From positions 120,468,001 through 120,532,000 of the forward strand of contig CM059432.1 in the NCBI GenBank assembly GCA_030390025.1: DNA of 64,000 nt. Reading direction: 5' to 3'. This stretch comes from Squalus acanthias. Its lineage: Eukaryota. Under the pieces are notes generated by a model. The model was not told the DNA's origin. It made no database searches and saw only the letters and a program-made list of their open reading frames with translations. Positions 24,782-38,527 of the stretch are shown one piece after another (position 1 is the stretch's first letter; every line of letters begins with the position of its first letter). The translations under genes were made by a program, and so were the position numbers.

Positions 24782-26193
24782 ATTCATTTATGGGATGTGG
24801 GCGTCGCTGGCAAGGCCAGCATTTATTGCCCATCCCTAGTTGCCCTTGAGAAGGTGGTGGTGAGATGCCTTCTTGATGCTGCAGTCCGTGTGGTGCAGGT
24901 ACTCCCACAGTACTGTTAGGGAGGGAGTTCCAGGATTTTGACCCGACGATGAAGGATCGGCGATATACTTCTAAGTCAGGATGGTGTGTGACTTGGAGGG
25001 GAACTTGCAGGTGATGGTGTTCCCATGAGCCTGCTGCCCTTGTCGTTCTAGGTGGAAGAGGTCACGGGGTTGGGAGGTGCTGCCGAAGAAGCCTTGGCGA
25101 GTTGTTGCAGTGCATCTTGTAGATTGTAAACTCTCCAGTCACGGTACGCCGGTGGTGGAAGGAGTGAATGTTTAAGGTGGTGGATGGGGTGCCAATCAAG
25201 CGGGCTGCTTTGTCCTGGATGGTGTCGAGCTTCTTGAGTGTTGTTGGAGTTGTACTCATCCAGGCAAGTGGAGAGTATTCTATCACACTCCTTACTTGTG
25301 CCTTGTAGATGGTGGAAAGGCTTTGGGGAGTCAGGAGGTGAGGCACTCGCCTACAGAATACCTAGCCTCTGACCTGCTCATGTGGCCACTGTATTTACAT
25401 GGCTGGTCCAGTTAAGGTTCTGGTCAATGATGACACCCAGGATGTTGATGGTGGGGGATTCGGCGATGGTAATGCCATTGAATGTCAAGGGGTGGTGGTT
25501 AGACTCTCGCTTGTTGGAGATAAGCATTGCCTGGCATTTCTGTGGCGCGAATGTTACCTGCCACTTATCAACCCAAGCCTGAACGTCATCCAGGTCTTGT
25601 TGCATGCGGGCATGAACTGCTTCTTTACCTGAGGAGATGTGAATGGTGCTGAACACTGTGCAGTCATCAGTGAACATCCCCATTTCTGACCTTATGTTGG
25701 AGGGAAGGTCATTGATGAAGCGGCTCAAGATGGTTGGGCCTAGGACACTGCCCTGAAGAGCACCTGCAGCGATGTCCTGGGGCTGAGTTGATTACCCTTC
25801 AACCACCACAACCATCTTCCTTTGTGCGAGGTATGACTCCAGCCAGTGGAGAGTTTTCCCCCCGATTCCCATTGACTTCAGTTTTACTAGGGCTCCTTGA
25901 TGCCGCACTCGGTCAAATGCTGCCTTGATGTCAAGGGCAATCATTCTCACCTCACCTTTGGAATTCAGCCCCTTTGTCCATGTTTGGACCAAGGTTATAA
26001 TGAGGTTGGGAGCTGAGTGGTTTTGACGTAACCCAAACTGGGCATCAGTGAGCAGATTATTGGTGAGTACATGCCGCTTGATAGCACTGTCGATGACACC
26101 TTCCATCACTTTGCTGATGACTGAGAGTAGACTGATGGGGTGGTAATTGGCCGGATTGGATTTGTCCTGCTTTTTGTGGACAGGACATACCTG
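24782..26193 (-). mobile_element. LINE family B, 5'-truncated, with 3' tail
   Basis: ALDIKAAFDRV, MFTDDCTV, EYSPLAW; tail shared with 29480-29540. Confidence 0.85.
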
Positions 26194-26483
26194 ACATGCT
26201 CCTGTTTCTTATGTTCTTATGTTCTTATAATGGTACCTCCAGCAATGGTGGTCAGTGTGAAAGGAATGGCTTGGGCATTGTAGGGATTGTTTATGGTGTT
26301 GCTGTGGGGTGGTGCCAACCTGTCATATCATGTGGTAGCCATATTGGTGTACAGCATAAAGTTAAGTAAATCTGGCCATGATGAGGTAATGCCTGACATC
26401 CCGGGCAGCAATGTGCTCGGGTGCTGGTGGGATCTGGACCGCAGTTTCCTCCTGCTTCAGCTCCTCGTCTTCCAGCTGATGCT

Positions 26484-27345
26484 TGTAGGATGTGCGGAAT
26501 TACCCCTCGCCTCGTCTAACAGGTTATAGAGTTCAGACTTGAGAAATTACACCAGACACACGGGTTCTGTGTTTAACCTTTTATTGTTCCTCAGACAGAT
26601 TCAAAACCCCAACCAGTATTCGAGCTGTACACCAAAAATCATACATACAACCACCCATGGATGATCAGTCCAGCATTGATTGTAGGCCACATCCTTTCGA
26701 CTGCAGTAGTTCTTCACCTTTCGACTACAGCTCTTTGAGTTGAGACAATCAGCTAGGCCCCTCCTTCCGACTGCAGTGCCGGTATTTTTAGTCACTGGTT
26801 TTTGTACAGTTTTCCTTGCCTTTTCCAGTAAATCAATCATTCAGAGATTATGAGGTGTTACTTTAATGTTCAACGTAAGTTGTTTGAGCTGTCAGACTTT
26901 CACACTCACACATCTTGTGTGGCTATCCGTTAGCTGCCTTTATCACAGCCCAACATTGTTCATTCACTCATAAAAGTTTGCAGAAGTGGCAGTAGACCAC
27001 TTGGTCACATTTCACGTGTTACGTTGCATCCTGTATTTCAGAACTCCAAAGGTTTGACTCCACCCCTTTAGCCACCAAAAGTCATTCTACAACCTTGTGG
27101 CCTGTTTTGAAGTCTGCAAATCTAAAGGGGTTTGTTTATCTCTGTTGTCTATGACTACCCCCTGCAGTCACAAGCATGCTTGCTGCCTTTTAGTAAAGCA
27201 CATCAAAGCCCATTCCATGTCCACTTATCAGTGAAAGACCATCTGTTCATTCACCAATTTTATTTCACTTCGAAAAAAAATTTGGACTGGCAAAGCATTT
27301 TAATATATACCAAAATTAAAAATTAAGGGTCTGTGTATACTTACA
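26484..27345 (-). mobile_element. Solo LTR (862 bp)
   Basis: Termini TGTAGG...CTTACA; TGCT TSD at 26480-26483 and 27346-27349; minus-strand AATAAA at 26580-26585; interrupts the transposase acidic tail. Confidence 0.8.
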
Positions 27346-27937
27346 TGCTCCTCCTCCTCCTGCTGCTCCTCCTCCTCTGAAGAGGCTGTGTGCTGTGTGC
27401 CTTGATCCTTATGCAATGCTAATCCTCGCTGCTGCACTATGTTGTGCAGGGCGCAGCAGACAATGACAATTCTGGAGACCCTGGCTGGTGCATACTGAAG
27501 GGCTCTTCCAGATCTGTCAAGGCATCTGAAGTGCATTTTCAGCATACCTGTTGTCTGCTCTATGACACATCTGGTGGAAATGTAACTTTCATTGTATCTC
27601 TCCTGGGCCTCAGTACTTGGCCTCCTCAAGGGTGTCTTGAGCCACGTTTTCAGTGGATAGCCCTTGTCTCCAAGTAGCTAGCTGGTAAGTCTGTTTGCAG
27701 GAGCGAAGAGCTGAGGGAGAGTGGACTGACGAAGGACAAAAGAGTCATGGCAGCTGCCAGGGAATTTAGCGCACAGATGCATGATGATCTTCCTATGCTT
27801 GCAGACCAGCTGCATATTGAGAGGGTGGAAGCCCTTGCGGTTGACAAAGAATCCTGTGTTATGATGGCGTGCCCTGATGGCCATATGTGTGCAGTCGTGG
27901 AAAGCCAGCCAGAGTGGCAAAGCCGAGCGCCTGCTCA

Positions 27938-29545
27938 GTCCTGAGGTCCCCACCATCACAGAAGTCAGTCTTCAGCCAATTCGATTCACTCCATGTGATA
28001 TCAATAAATGGCTGAGCGCACTGGATACAGCAAAGTCTATGGGCCCCGACAACATCCCGGCTATCGTGCTGAAGAACTAGCCAAGCTGTTGCGGTACAGC
28101 TACAACACTGGCATCTATCCGACAATGTGGAAAACAGCCCAGGTATGTCCTGTCCACAAAAGCAGGACAAATTCAATCCGGCCAATTACTGCCCCATCAG
28201 TCTACTCTCAATCATCAGCAAAGTGATGGAAGGTGTCATCGACAGTGCTATCAAGCGGCACTTACTCACCAATAATCTGCTCACTGATGCCCAGTTTGAG
28301 TTCTCCCAAGATCACTCAGCTCCCAACCTCATTACAGCCTTGGTCCAAACATGGAAAAAGGAGCTGAATTCCAGAGGTGAGGTGAGAGTGACTGCCCTAG
28401 ACATTAAGGCAGCATTTGACCGAGCATCAAGGAGCCCTAGTAAAACTGACGTCAATGGGAATCGGGGGGAAAAATTCTCCACTGGCTGGAGTCATACCTA
28501 GCACAAAGGGAGACGGTTGTGGTGGTTGAAGGTCAATCATCACAGCCCCAGGACATCGCTGCAGGAGTTCCTCAGGGCAGTGTCCTAGGCCCAACCATCT
28601 TCAGCTGCTTCATCAATGATCTTCCCTCCAACATAAGGTCAGAAATGGGGATGTTCGCTGATGACTGCACAGTGTACAGTGCCATTCACTCCTCAGATAA
28701 TGAAGCAGTCCATGCCCGCATGCAACAAGACCTGGATGACGTTCAGGCTTGGGCTGATAAGTGGCAGGTAACATTCGCGCCACAGAAGTGCCAGGCAATG
28801 CTTATCTCCAACAAGCGAGAGTCTTACCACTGGCCCTTGATGTTCAATGGCATTACCATTGCCGAATCCCCCACCATCAACATCCTGGGGGTCACCATTA
28901 ACCAGAAACTTAACTGGACCAGCCACATAAATACTGTGGCAACAAGAGCAGGTCAGAGGCTATGTATTCTGCGGCGAGTGCCTCACCTCCTGACTCCCCA
29001 AAGCCTTTCCACCATCTACAAGGCACAAGTAAGGAGTGTGATGGAATACTCTCCACTTGCCTGGATGAGTGAAGCTCCAACAACACTCAAGAAGCTCAAC
29101 ACCATCCAGGACAAAGCAGCCCACTTGATTGGCATCCCATCCACCACCTTAAACATTCACTCCCTCCACCACTGGCGTACCGTGGCTGCAGTGTTTACCA
29201 TCTATAATTGCACTGCAGCAACTCGCCAAGGCTTCTTCGGCAGCACCTCCCAAACCCGCGACCTCTTCCACCTAGAAGGACAAGGGCAGCAGGCACATGG
29301 GAACACCACCACCTCCAAGTTCCCCTCCAAATCACACACCATCCTGACTTAGAAGTATATCGCCGATCCTCCTCGTCGCTGGGTCAAAATCCTGGAACTC
29401 CCTCCCTAACAGCACTGTGGGAGTACCTTCACCACACGGACTGCAGCGGTTCAAGAAGGTGGCTCACCACCACCTTCTCAAGGGCAACTAGGGATGGGCA
29501 GTAAATGCTGGCCTTGCCAGCGACGCCCACATCCCATAAACAAAT
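27938..29545 (+). mobile_element. LINE family B, 5'-truncated RT region with 3' tail
   Basis: ORF 28519..29352: GVPQGSVLGP..MFADDCTV..KWQVTFAPQKC..MEYSPLAW. Confidence 0.9.
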
Positions 29546-31366
29546 TTAAAAAATGTCTTCCTCCAGCAATGTGAAAATGTCTGCGACAACCTGGCGCAAT
29601 AGCCTGAGCCTCCTTTGACACTGCTGCTCAGTCATGTTGAGGAAGCTCATCCTCTGCCTGTATACCCTGTGTTGGGGGTATCGTCTCCGGTGCAGTGCAG
29701 CCCTGCGCTGATGCCCACCATCCTGTGCAGCATCAGGTGGTTGTGGAGAAGGTTGGTGCTGTTGTTGTTGGTGCTGCTGGTGTTCCTGGTGCTGCTGGTG
29801 TTGGGGCTCATCGTGGGGCTCATCATTCTGAGGACCAAGGTGAGACAGTATAAAAGGCACCCATGCTGATACAATAGATGGCAGGTCAAGTAGAGATGAC
29901 AGAAGCAATCTGGCAATGGTGTGATAGGTTCTACCAATCAGTTGAGACTGGATGGTAATTTTGCTGGAAACACTTGCAGCCTCTAGAAAGCTAAATGTGT
30001 GTTGGGAATGCAGTCAGCAACAGCTTCTGCCTGAGGAAAGTGATCAGCTGTGAGGTGGGAGCTTTTATAGTCATTTCATGCTGTCAGTTAATCAGCTGGA
30101 TTAATGGCCACTCAACTCCCGCCTCAGGTTGACAGACGTGGTTCCCGAGCTGGGTGAATCCTGTGGTCATGCAGGAAAATTTGAAAGGTAGTCTAAAAAA
30201 GGAACTTAAGGGTTTGACAACAAGCTGATAATCATTTAAATGAGGCCGCCCGCCTCTGTAGTTCAGGTCGCTGCCGCACCGGCAAACGCACCCGAGGGAT
30301 AGTTGTGTGGGCGCGGGATGACGGCGGGTTCCTGACCCGCTGCAGGATATTTCAAATTTCCACCCGACCCGCCTCCGATCACGCCTGCACAGACCCCAGA
30401 AAATTCTGGCCAAGCAGTTTCAGAAACTTTAACAAAATAGAAACATTTTATTCCTTTTCTTATATATGTATTTTTCTGGCACTGATCGATTTTTCTTCAT
30501 CTCTTACTCCTTCCTCTTTCTTTTTGCTTATTATCCTTTTATTTTGTTTTGTTTCGTAAGCTTAAAAATTCTGCCAGGCACCAGGACATCTGCCTGATTT
30601 GTTGCACACAATGATCTCACCTCAACCTCCAGGTTTGGGGTTAATTAATCCACTCAAAAGAGAATCGGGCGTGGTGTAAAATGGGCTACCGATTCGCTCT
30701 GAGCCCGTTTGGCATTAATGTTGTAGACCTATTTCACCCTCAGCACGTCGACTTGTATGCTGTGCAGAATGACAAATATAGCTAGCAAACCACAGATTAG
30801 AATAAAGACTTTGCAAAGAAAAAAAACTGAATGCAATTTTTAACCCAGAATTATAAAATTGCCAATCATGAGTAGATAGAATTAAGGCATTATGCATTTT
30901 TATGATGCTGGGATTCAGCATCTTTTATCTGATTGAAAGCACTTGTTTACATTTTACACTTGAAAGCAGAATTGTTTCTGGTGTGAGTTTTTTAAGATTG
31001 TGAGATTTGATTAAAAAAACAACTTCGCTAGATTGCAAAGCCAGTGGTGAACAACGTGGAGAAAAAGTCTCATTTATACCTCAAGAAATACATTGATTTG
31101 GAAAAAAAGGAAACATAGAAATTCAAGCAAATAACCACTTTAAATAAAACTGTTTCCTATGAACCAAAGGGAAGGGGTTTAAAGATGCACAGCGTTTCTC
31201 ATCAGTGGTGGCTCACTGAAAGCAGAGGCACATTCACAGATGGTGTCCATGAGATGCTGCTGCTTGTGGTGAAGCAAAAGAAGATTTGGCAATCAAGAAA
31301 ACCCTCCCTAGAATAGAGTCATCCGAAATGCCTGGCAAGAGATGACTGATAGAGTGCGAGAGTCAT

Positions 31367-31842
31367 TGTCAGCTGTGGCTCAGTTGGTAGCACCCTCACC
31401 TCTGAGTCAGAAGGTTGTGGGTTCAAGTCTCACCCCAGAGACTTGGGCACAGAAATATGGGCTGACACTCCAGTTCAGTACTGAGGGAGCGCTGCACAGT
31501 CAGTAGGTGTCATCTTTCGGATGAGATGTCGATTTGAGGCCCCATCTGCTATCTCAGGTGGATGTAAAAGATCCCATGGCACTATTTTGAAGACGAGCAG
31601 GGCTGTTATCCCCAGTGTCTTGGCCAATATTTATCCCTCAATCAACATCACTAAAATCTGGTATCTGGTCATTATAACATTGCTGTTTGTGGGAGCTTGC
31701 TGTGTACAAATTGGCTGCCGTGGTTCCTACATTCTAACAGGGACTACACTTCAAACAGTACTTCACTGGCTGTAAAGCACTTTGGGACGTCCGGTGGTCG
31801 TGAAAGACGCTATATCAATGCACATCTTCTTTTCTTTTTTTC
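31367..31842 (+). mobile_element. SacSINE1-like Deu-domain SINE, full length
   Basis: A box tggctcagttgg, B box ggttcaagtc, core cccagtgtcttggccaatatttatccctcaa, L2-like tail aagcactttgggacg..gctatat. Confidence 0.8.
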
Positions 31843-32387
31843 TTCTCTGCTACAGAGTGGGGCCTGCTGAAATGTGGAAGATGTTGGCAGACCCGAGGGA
31901 AGATGCCATGGCAATGCTACCCAGCAGAATCAGATAGCAACTATGGAGGAGAAATTCGACTTCTGCCAAAAACGGATTGCTCCACGCACCAGTCTGTGCC
32001 GGCCTGAGGCCTGATCCGAATTGTGGGGGGTGGGGGGTGGAGGGGCGGGGTGATGCTGAGAGGTGTGGGGATGGTGGGGGGGCTAGCCTGGGCAGCAGCT
32101 GCCCACAGTATTTTTGTGGAGCCAGGAGGAGCACTGCTGCTCGTTCTGTCTCCATAAATATATACCTTTGAGAAAGTTTTGTGGCAGTCTTTTGAGCAGT
32201 CTCCAGCGGTCGCTTTAAGGACTGTTGGTTAGACCGCTCAAAACCTGATATAACTCGGCAGAGTTGAATTTTGAATCAGGGTCCTCTAACCAGAGTAGGA
32301 CCCCAAGTTGAATAGGAAAGTAGCCTTACACCTGTTTCACGCAGACGGGTTGCTCGGCCATTTACAGGCCCAGCTGAAAAAGACAAT

Positions 32388-33152
32388 GGGCCAGAAATTC
32401 GAGTCTCCACGGGTGAGTACGCGCTGGGTACTCACCCGTAGACCCAACAAAAGTGCCGGTTTTGCGCATGCACTGCGCATGCGCTGGAAACCGGAGCTTC
32501 CATTCCCCTGAAGGAAGGAGTTCAGAGGTCGAACACGTGCGCCGGAGAGGCAGCGAGTAGACCTCGAACTTCGTTTTTTTTTTCAGGTTTCTCCGTGAGG
32601 GTAAGTACGGAGAAGCTGCGCAGGGAAAAAGGAGGCGCAAGGCCTGCTTGTAACAAGGTAAGTGGTGAATTAAGTGCAATTTAGACATTTTTTCAACAGG
32701 TTTATCTTTTTTACATACTTTAAAGAAAGGTAGGTTTACTTTTTAGCACTGTTAAAAAGTGTAATTAATTTTTTCAAAAATTTTAATTTTTGTTTAAAGT
32801 AGTTAATTTATGTAATTTATAGTTATTTAAAAAAAGTGATTTAAAAAAAAAATTATTTGATGTTTTAGTGAGGTTTTGGGGCCGATCTCTATTTATAGAT
32901 TTGACAGGTCTTCCTGTCAAATCTATGAATGAAGATTCCCTGCTCTGATTGGCTCTCCGTGGCCCACGTGATCCCAAGGGACGCTTCGAACTAACTGCGC
33001 CCCTGGGATACGCAAGCACTGCACACCGGCAGCTGGAGGAGGCCCAGGAGCCGAATTCCACGCGGGCCCGAAGCACAACGGCAGGCGCGCTAGGTAAGTA
33101 CACGCGCCGATTCTTGCACCCGCGGGAAGCTGGAGAGCCGAATTGCTGGCCC
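32388..33152. mobile_element. Harbinger-type MITE (765 bp) nested in an older MITE remnant (about 31940-33200)
   Basis: TIRs gggccagaaattcg / cgaattgctggccc (13/14 match); AAT TSD at 32385-32387 and 33153-33155. Confidence 0.85.
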
Positions 33153-34164
33153 AATATTATTGCTGATCTTCCACAGCCAACTTTAAATGGGAAGATTTAG
33201 TGCCGTGCAGGTTTTAAACCTTGAGCCTCCAACTTGAAAGCCAGAGTTTCAACATGTAGTCCAGTATCGCGACTATCAAAATAAACTTCCTAAATTGCAA
33301 TCTGTGATGGACTATATACAGAATACAGATGGCTAGAAGTGAGATACTAGGGCAAGTGCAAAGTTTGAACTTTGTGTCTTGTTAGAATTCATAGATTGAA
33401 TTACTGCCTTGTGTATTTAACATATGTATACTGTGGTAGTAGTTGGTTTTCTAGTTGGTAAGAGGTGGTTTAGGTTAGAGCCATTGGCTTGGCTTGGATT
33501 TCTCATATAGCACTGGCAGGGAAGTGTTGCAAACATGACTTATACACTGACCATCTGAGTAGCAAAACGTCAACTACACTGGTGTACAAATCGCATCCCC
33601 AGGTCAAAAGGTTATAAAACTCTATGAAGCCATGGCTTATGTATTGGGTTTCACTATACTTACAGCGAGCTGTGGAAAACAGTTATTCAGTGTGACGTAG
33701 GTGAACAACAATGAAGATACAAGTAACATCAAAGCTGAAGGTAGTCAGCATCAGACGGCTAATGCCATTTATTAAAATTTATTTTGATAGCTAAATAAAG
33801 AAAAACATAATATCAGATACACTATATTATGAGAAAAAGCCCAAGATAGAAGTATTGTGAATTTGCTTTCACAAATATATTACTTGATCTCTTGTAGTGT
33901 TGCTCATGGGTGGTCTGGAACTGGATTGTGTCCAATTGCACAGCAACCTAAATATAGCAGCAATGTGCAGCACTCATTTAAGCGATTTGATTGGTTGATT
34001 TTGCAGCACTTGCTGGTTTGGGAATACGGCCTTGAAAAAAATTACGCAATTTGACTTCTCAGTATTCTGTTGGTTACCCATTCCTTGTTGGTACATTAGA
34101 TTTGTCAACATTTACTCCATCAGATAGTTGATTGCTAACTTAATTGGTGTTGCATTCTGGAAGG

Positions 34165-34713
34165 AAGAAGGTCTTAAAAGAAATAGCCAGTGAGATAGTT
34201 GATGCATTGGTTTTAATTTTCCAAAATTCCCTAGATTCGGGGAAGGTTCCATTCGATTGGAAAATAGCAAATGTAACTCCTTTATTCAAAAAGGGAGGGA
34301 GACAGAAAGCAGGAAACTACAGGCCAGTTAGCTGAACATCTGTCATAGAGAAGATGTTAGAAGCTATTATTAAAGACGTTATAGCAGGGCATTTAGAAAA
34401 GTTCAAAGTAATCAGGCAGAGTCAACATGGTTTTGTGCAAGGGAAATCATGTTTAACCAATTTATTGGAGTTCTTTGAGGAAGTAACATGTGCTGTGGAT
34501 AAAGGGGAACTGGTGGATGTACTGTACTTAGATTTCCAGAAGGCATTTGATAAGGTACCACATCAAAGGTTATTGCGGAAAATAAAAGCTCATGGTGTAG
34601 GGGATAACATATTGGCATGGATAGAAGATTGACTAGTTAACAGGAAACAGAGAGTAGGCATAAATGGGTCATTTTCTGATTGGCAAGATGTAACGAGTGG
34701 TGTGCCACAGGGA
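34165..34713 (+). mobile_element. CR1 RT fragment
   Basis: [45 protein letters not shown]. Confidence 0.9.
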
Positions 34714-37323
34714 TCAATGCCTATCCAGTCTTTCCTCATAGATAAGATTCTCTACTCCCGGCAACATCCTTGTAAACCTCCTCTGTACCCTCTCTAGTGC
34801 AATCACATCTTTCCTGTAATGTGGTGACCAGAACTGCACGCAGTACTCTAGCTGAGGCCTAACTAGTGTTTTATGCAGTTGAAGCATATACCCACTGCTC
34901 TTGTATTCTATGCCACGGCTATTAAAGGCAAGCATTCCGTATACCTTCTTAATCACCTTATCTACTTGGCCTGCTACCTTCAGGGATCTGTGGACATGCA
35001 CTCCAAGGTCCCTTTGTTCCTCTACACTACTCAGTGTCCTACCATTTAATGTGTATTCCCTTTCCTTGTTAGCCCTCCCCAAATGCATTACCTCACACTT
35101 CTCCGGATTGAATTCCATTTGCCACTGTTCTGCCCACCTGACCAATTTATTGATATCTTCCTGCAGTCTACAGCTTCCTTCTTCAGTATCAACCACACAG
35201 CCGATTTTAGTATCATCTGCAAACTTCTTAATCATACCCCCTATATTCAAGTCAAGATCGTTGATATATACCACAAAAAGCAAGGGACCTAGTACTGAGC
35301 CCTGCGGAACCCCACTGGAAACAGCCTTCCAGTCACAAAAACACCCATCAACCATTACCCTCTGCTTCCTGTCTCCAAGCCAGTTTTGAATCCAACTTGA
35401 CACTTTGCCCTGGATCCCATGGGCTTTTAACTTTGTGACCAGTCTGCCATGTGGAACCTTATCAAAAGCCTTGCTAAAGTCCAAATACACTACATCAAAC
35501 GCACTACCCTCATCTACCCTCCTTGTTACCTGCTCAAAAAATTCAATCAAGTTTGTCAGACACGACCTTCCCTTAACAAATCCGTGCTGACTATCCTTGA
35601 TTAATCCGTGTCTTTCTAAATGAAGATTTATCCTGTCCTTCAGAATTCTTTCCAATAATTTTCCCACCACCGAGGTTAGGCTGACTGGCCTGTAATTACT
35701 CGGTCTATCCCTTTCTCCCTTTTTAAACAAGGGTACCACATTAGCAGTCCTCCGGCACCACACCTGAAGCCAGAGAGGATTGAAAAATGATGGTCAGGGC
35801 CTCTGCTATTTCCTCTTTTGCTTCGCTTAACAGCCCGGGATACATTTCATCCGAACCTGGGGATTTATCGACTTTTAAAGCTGTTAAACCCCTTAATACT
35901 TCGTCTCTCACTATGTTTATTTCATCTAATATTTCACACTCCTCCCCCCCGATAGCAATGCCTGCTTCGCCCCTCTGCTTTGTGAAAACAGATGCAAAGT
36001 ATTCATTAAGAACCCTACCGACGTCTCCTGCCTCCACACACAGATTACCCTCATGATCTCTAATAGGCCCTACCCTTTCTTTAGTTATCCTCTTACTCTT
36101 AATATATTTATAAAACATTTTGGGTTTTCCTTTATTTTACTTGCCAAGAATTTTTCATGCTCTCTCTTTGCTTTCCTAATATCATTTTTAATTGCACCCC
36201 ACCACTTTCTGTACTTCTCTGAAGATTCTGGAGTATTTAGCCCTCGATATCTGTCATACACCTCCCTTTTTTTCTTTATCCTACCCTGTATGTCTCTAGA
36301 TATCCAGGGGGCTCTAGATTTGTTAGTCCCACCTTTTTTCTTTAAGGGCACATGTTTGGTCTGAACGCTTCGGATCTCCTCCTTGAATGCCTCCCACTGC
36401 TCTGACACTGATTTACCTTCAAGTAGCTGTTTCCAGTCCACTATGGCTAAATCCCCTCTGAGCTTAGCAAAATTTGCTTTTCCCCAATTTAGAATTTTTA
36501 TTCCTGGTCTATCCTTGTCCTATTCCATAACTACCTTAAATCTAACAGAATTATGGTCACTAGCACCAAAATGCTCCCCCACTGATACGCCTTCGACCTG
36601 CCCAGCTTCATTCCCTAAAACTAAGTCCAGAACCGCCCCCTCCCTTGTTGGGCTTGCTACATACTGGCTAAAAAATTTCTCCTGGATGCATTTTAGGAAT
36701 TCTGCACCTTCTATACCCTTCACACTAATTTTATCCCAGTTAATATTGGGGTAGTTGAAATCCCCTACTATTACTGCCCTATAGTTTTTGCACTTCTCAG
36801 AAATTTGTCTACATATTTGTTCTTCTGTCTCCCTCTCACTGTTTGAGGGTCTGTAGTACACTCCCAGCAGTGTGATCGCCCCTTTTTTGTTTTTCAATTT
36901 GACCCATATGGCCTCGTTTGATGATCCCTCCACCATATCATCCCTCCTCACAGCTGTAATAGTTTCTTTAATCAATACCGTGACCCCCCCTCCCTTTTTA
37001 CCTTCCTCTCTATCCCGTCTGAAAATCCTGTAACCAGGAATGTTGAGCTGCCATACCTGCCCCTCTTTCAGCCACGTCGCTGTAATAGCTATAATATCAT
37101 AAGTCCCAAGTATCTACCTGTGCACTCAGCTCATCTGCCTTGTTCGCTATACTCCTTGCATTGAAGTATATACCATTTAGTACAGGCAAACCTCCTTGTT
37201 GACTACTATCTAGCCCTTGATTCCTCTGTCCTTCCAATTTACTTTCTATGTTTTTGTTTTCCAATTCCAGTTTTTCTTCCCTCCCTATTGACTCTATACT
37301 TAGGTTCCCATCCCCCTGCCAAG

Positions 37324-38280
37324 CTAGTTTAAACCCTCCCCAACAGCACTAGCAAACCCACCCGTGAGGATATTGGTCCCGTTCCCGTTGAGGTACAACC
37401 TGTCTGGCTTGTAGAGGTCCCACCTCCCCCAGAAAAAGTTCCAATTCCTCAAGAATCTAAAGCCCTCTCTCGTACACCATCTCTCCAGCCATGCATTCAT
37501 CTGCTCTATCTTCCTATTTCTGAACTCACTAGCATGTGGCACTGGTAGTAATCCGGAGATTACTACCTTTGAGGTCCTGCTTTTTAACCTCTTTCCTAGC
37601 TCCCTAAACTCTGCCTGCAGGACCTCATCCCTCTTCCTACCTATGTCGTTGGTACCGATATGGACCACGACCTCTGGCTGTTCACCCTCCCCCATCAGAA
37701 TACCCTGCAGCCGTTCAGTGACATCCTTGACCCTGAGGCAACATACCATCCTGGAGTCACGTCTGCGACCGCAGAAACGCCTGTCTGCTCCCCTAACTAT
37801 TGAATCCCCTATCACTATTGCTCTCCCTCTCCTCTTCCCCGCCCCACCCTCCCCCCTCCCCCCCGCCTGTGCAGCTGAGCCTTCCATGGTGCTGTGGATT
37901 TGGCTGCACTCCCCAGAGGAACCATTGCCCTCACCAGTACTCAGCACCGAATACTGGTTGGTGAGCAAGATGGGCTCAGGGGACTCCTGCACTACCTGCC
38001 TGGTCCTCCTCTTCTGTCTGACAGTCACCCATTCCCTCTCTGCCTGCACAATCTTAAGCTGCAGGGTGACCACCTCCCGAAACGTGCTACCCACGGAGCT
38101 CTCAGTCTCACGGATGCACTGCAGTGACTGCAGCCGCCACTCAAACTCCGTAACCCGGTGCTCGAGCTGCTGTAGCTGGCGACACTTCCCGCACATGTGG
38201 TCGTCCAGACCACGGGAGGTGTCCAGGACTTCTCACATGGCACAGGATGTGCATTCCACGGGTGTGAGCTGCCCTGCCAT
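37324..38280 (-). pseudogene. CR1 ORF1 (zinc finger/leucine zipper plus SGNH esterase domain), premature TGA at 38233-38235
   Basis: MAGQLTPVECTSC..CGKC..; IVIGDSIVRG; VVVHIGTNDIG. Confidence 0.85.
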
Positions 38281-38456
38281 ACCTCCAATTAACAGACTAT
38301 TTACTAACCTAGCTGGAATAAACTTAAAAACTTTAAGAAAGCCAAGTAAAAACACTTACCAGATACTCACCAATCAGCTCCCTCCCCTTGTGCCGACGTC
38401 ACTTTTGACTTCTGACGTCACTCTTTGAAAATTTTGCCGGTGCTGAGTTGGTACCA

Positions 38457-38491
38457 CTGCCGCCTCGTCGCTCCTCCCAGGTCCGCTCTGC

Positions 38492-38527
<36 letters not shown>

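Larger units (their letters stand above)
26362..29864 (-). pseudogene. Harbinger transposase, fragmented by a LINE (27938-29545) and a solo LTR (26484-27345)
   Basis: N-terminus [69 protein letters not shown]-terminus AARDVRHYLIMARFT*. Confidence 0.85.
22516..30411. mobile_element. Full-span PIF/Harbinger transposon carrying nested LINEs and a solo LTR
   Basis: TIRs gccagaattttctg / cagaaaattctggc plus subterminal inverted gggcgggtcgggtg / cacccgacccgcc; Myb on +, transposase on -. Confidence 0.85.

Noticed and set aside
31367..31445. tRNA gene (also 7300-7377, 10320-10395)
   Set aside because: The A/B boxes are SINE heads fused to SINE bodies; no proper cloverleaf or terminator.
37643..38428. 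261-aa + strand ORF
   Set aside because: Antisense to CR1 ORF1.
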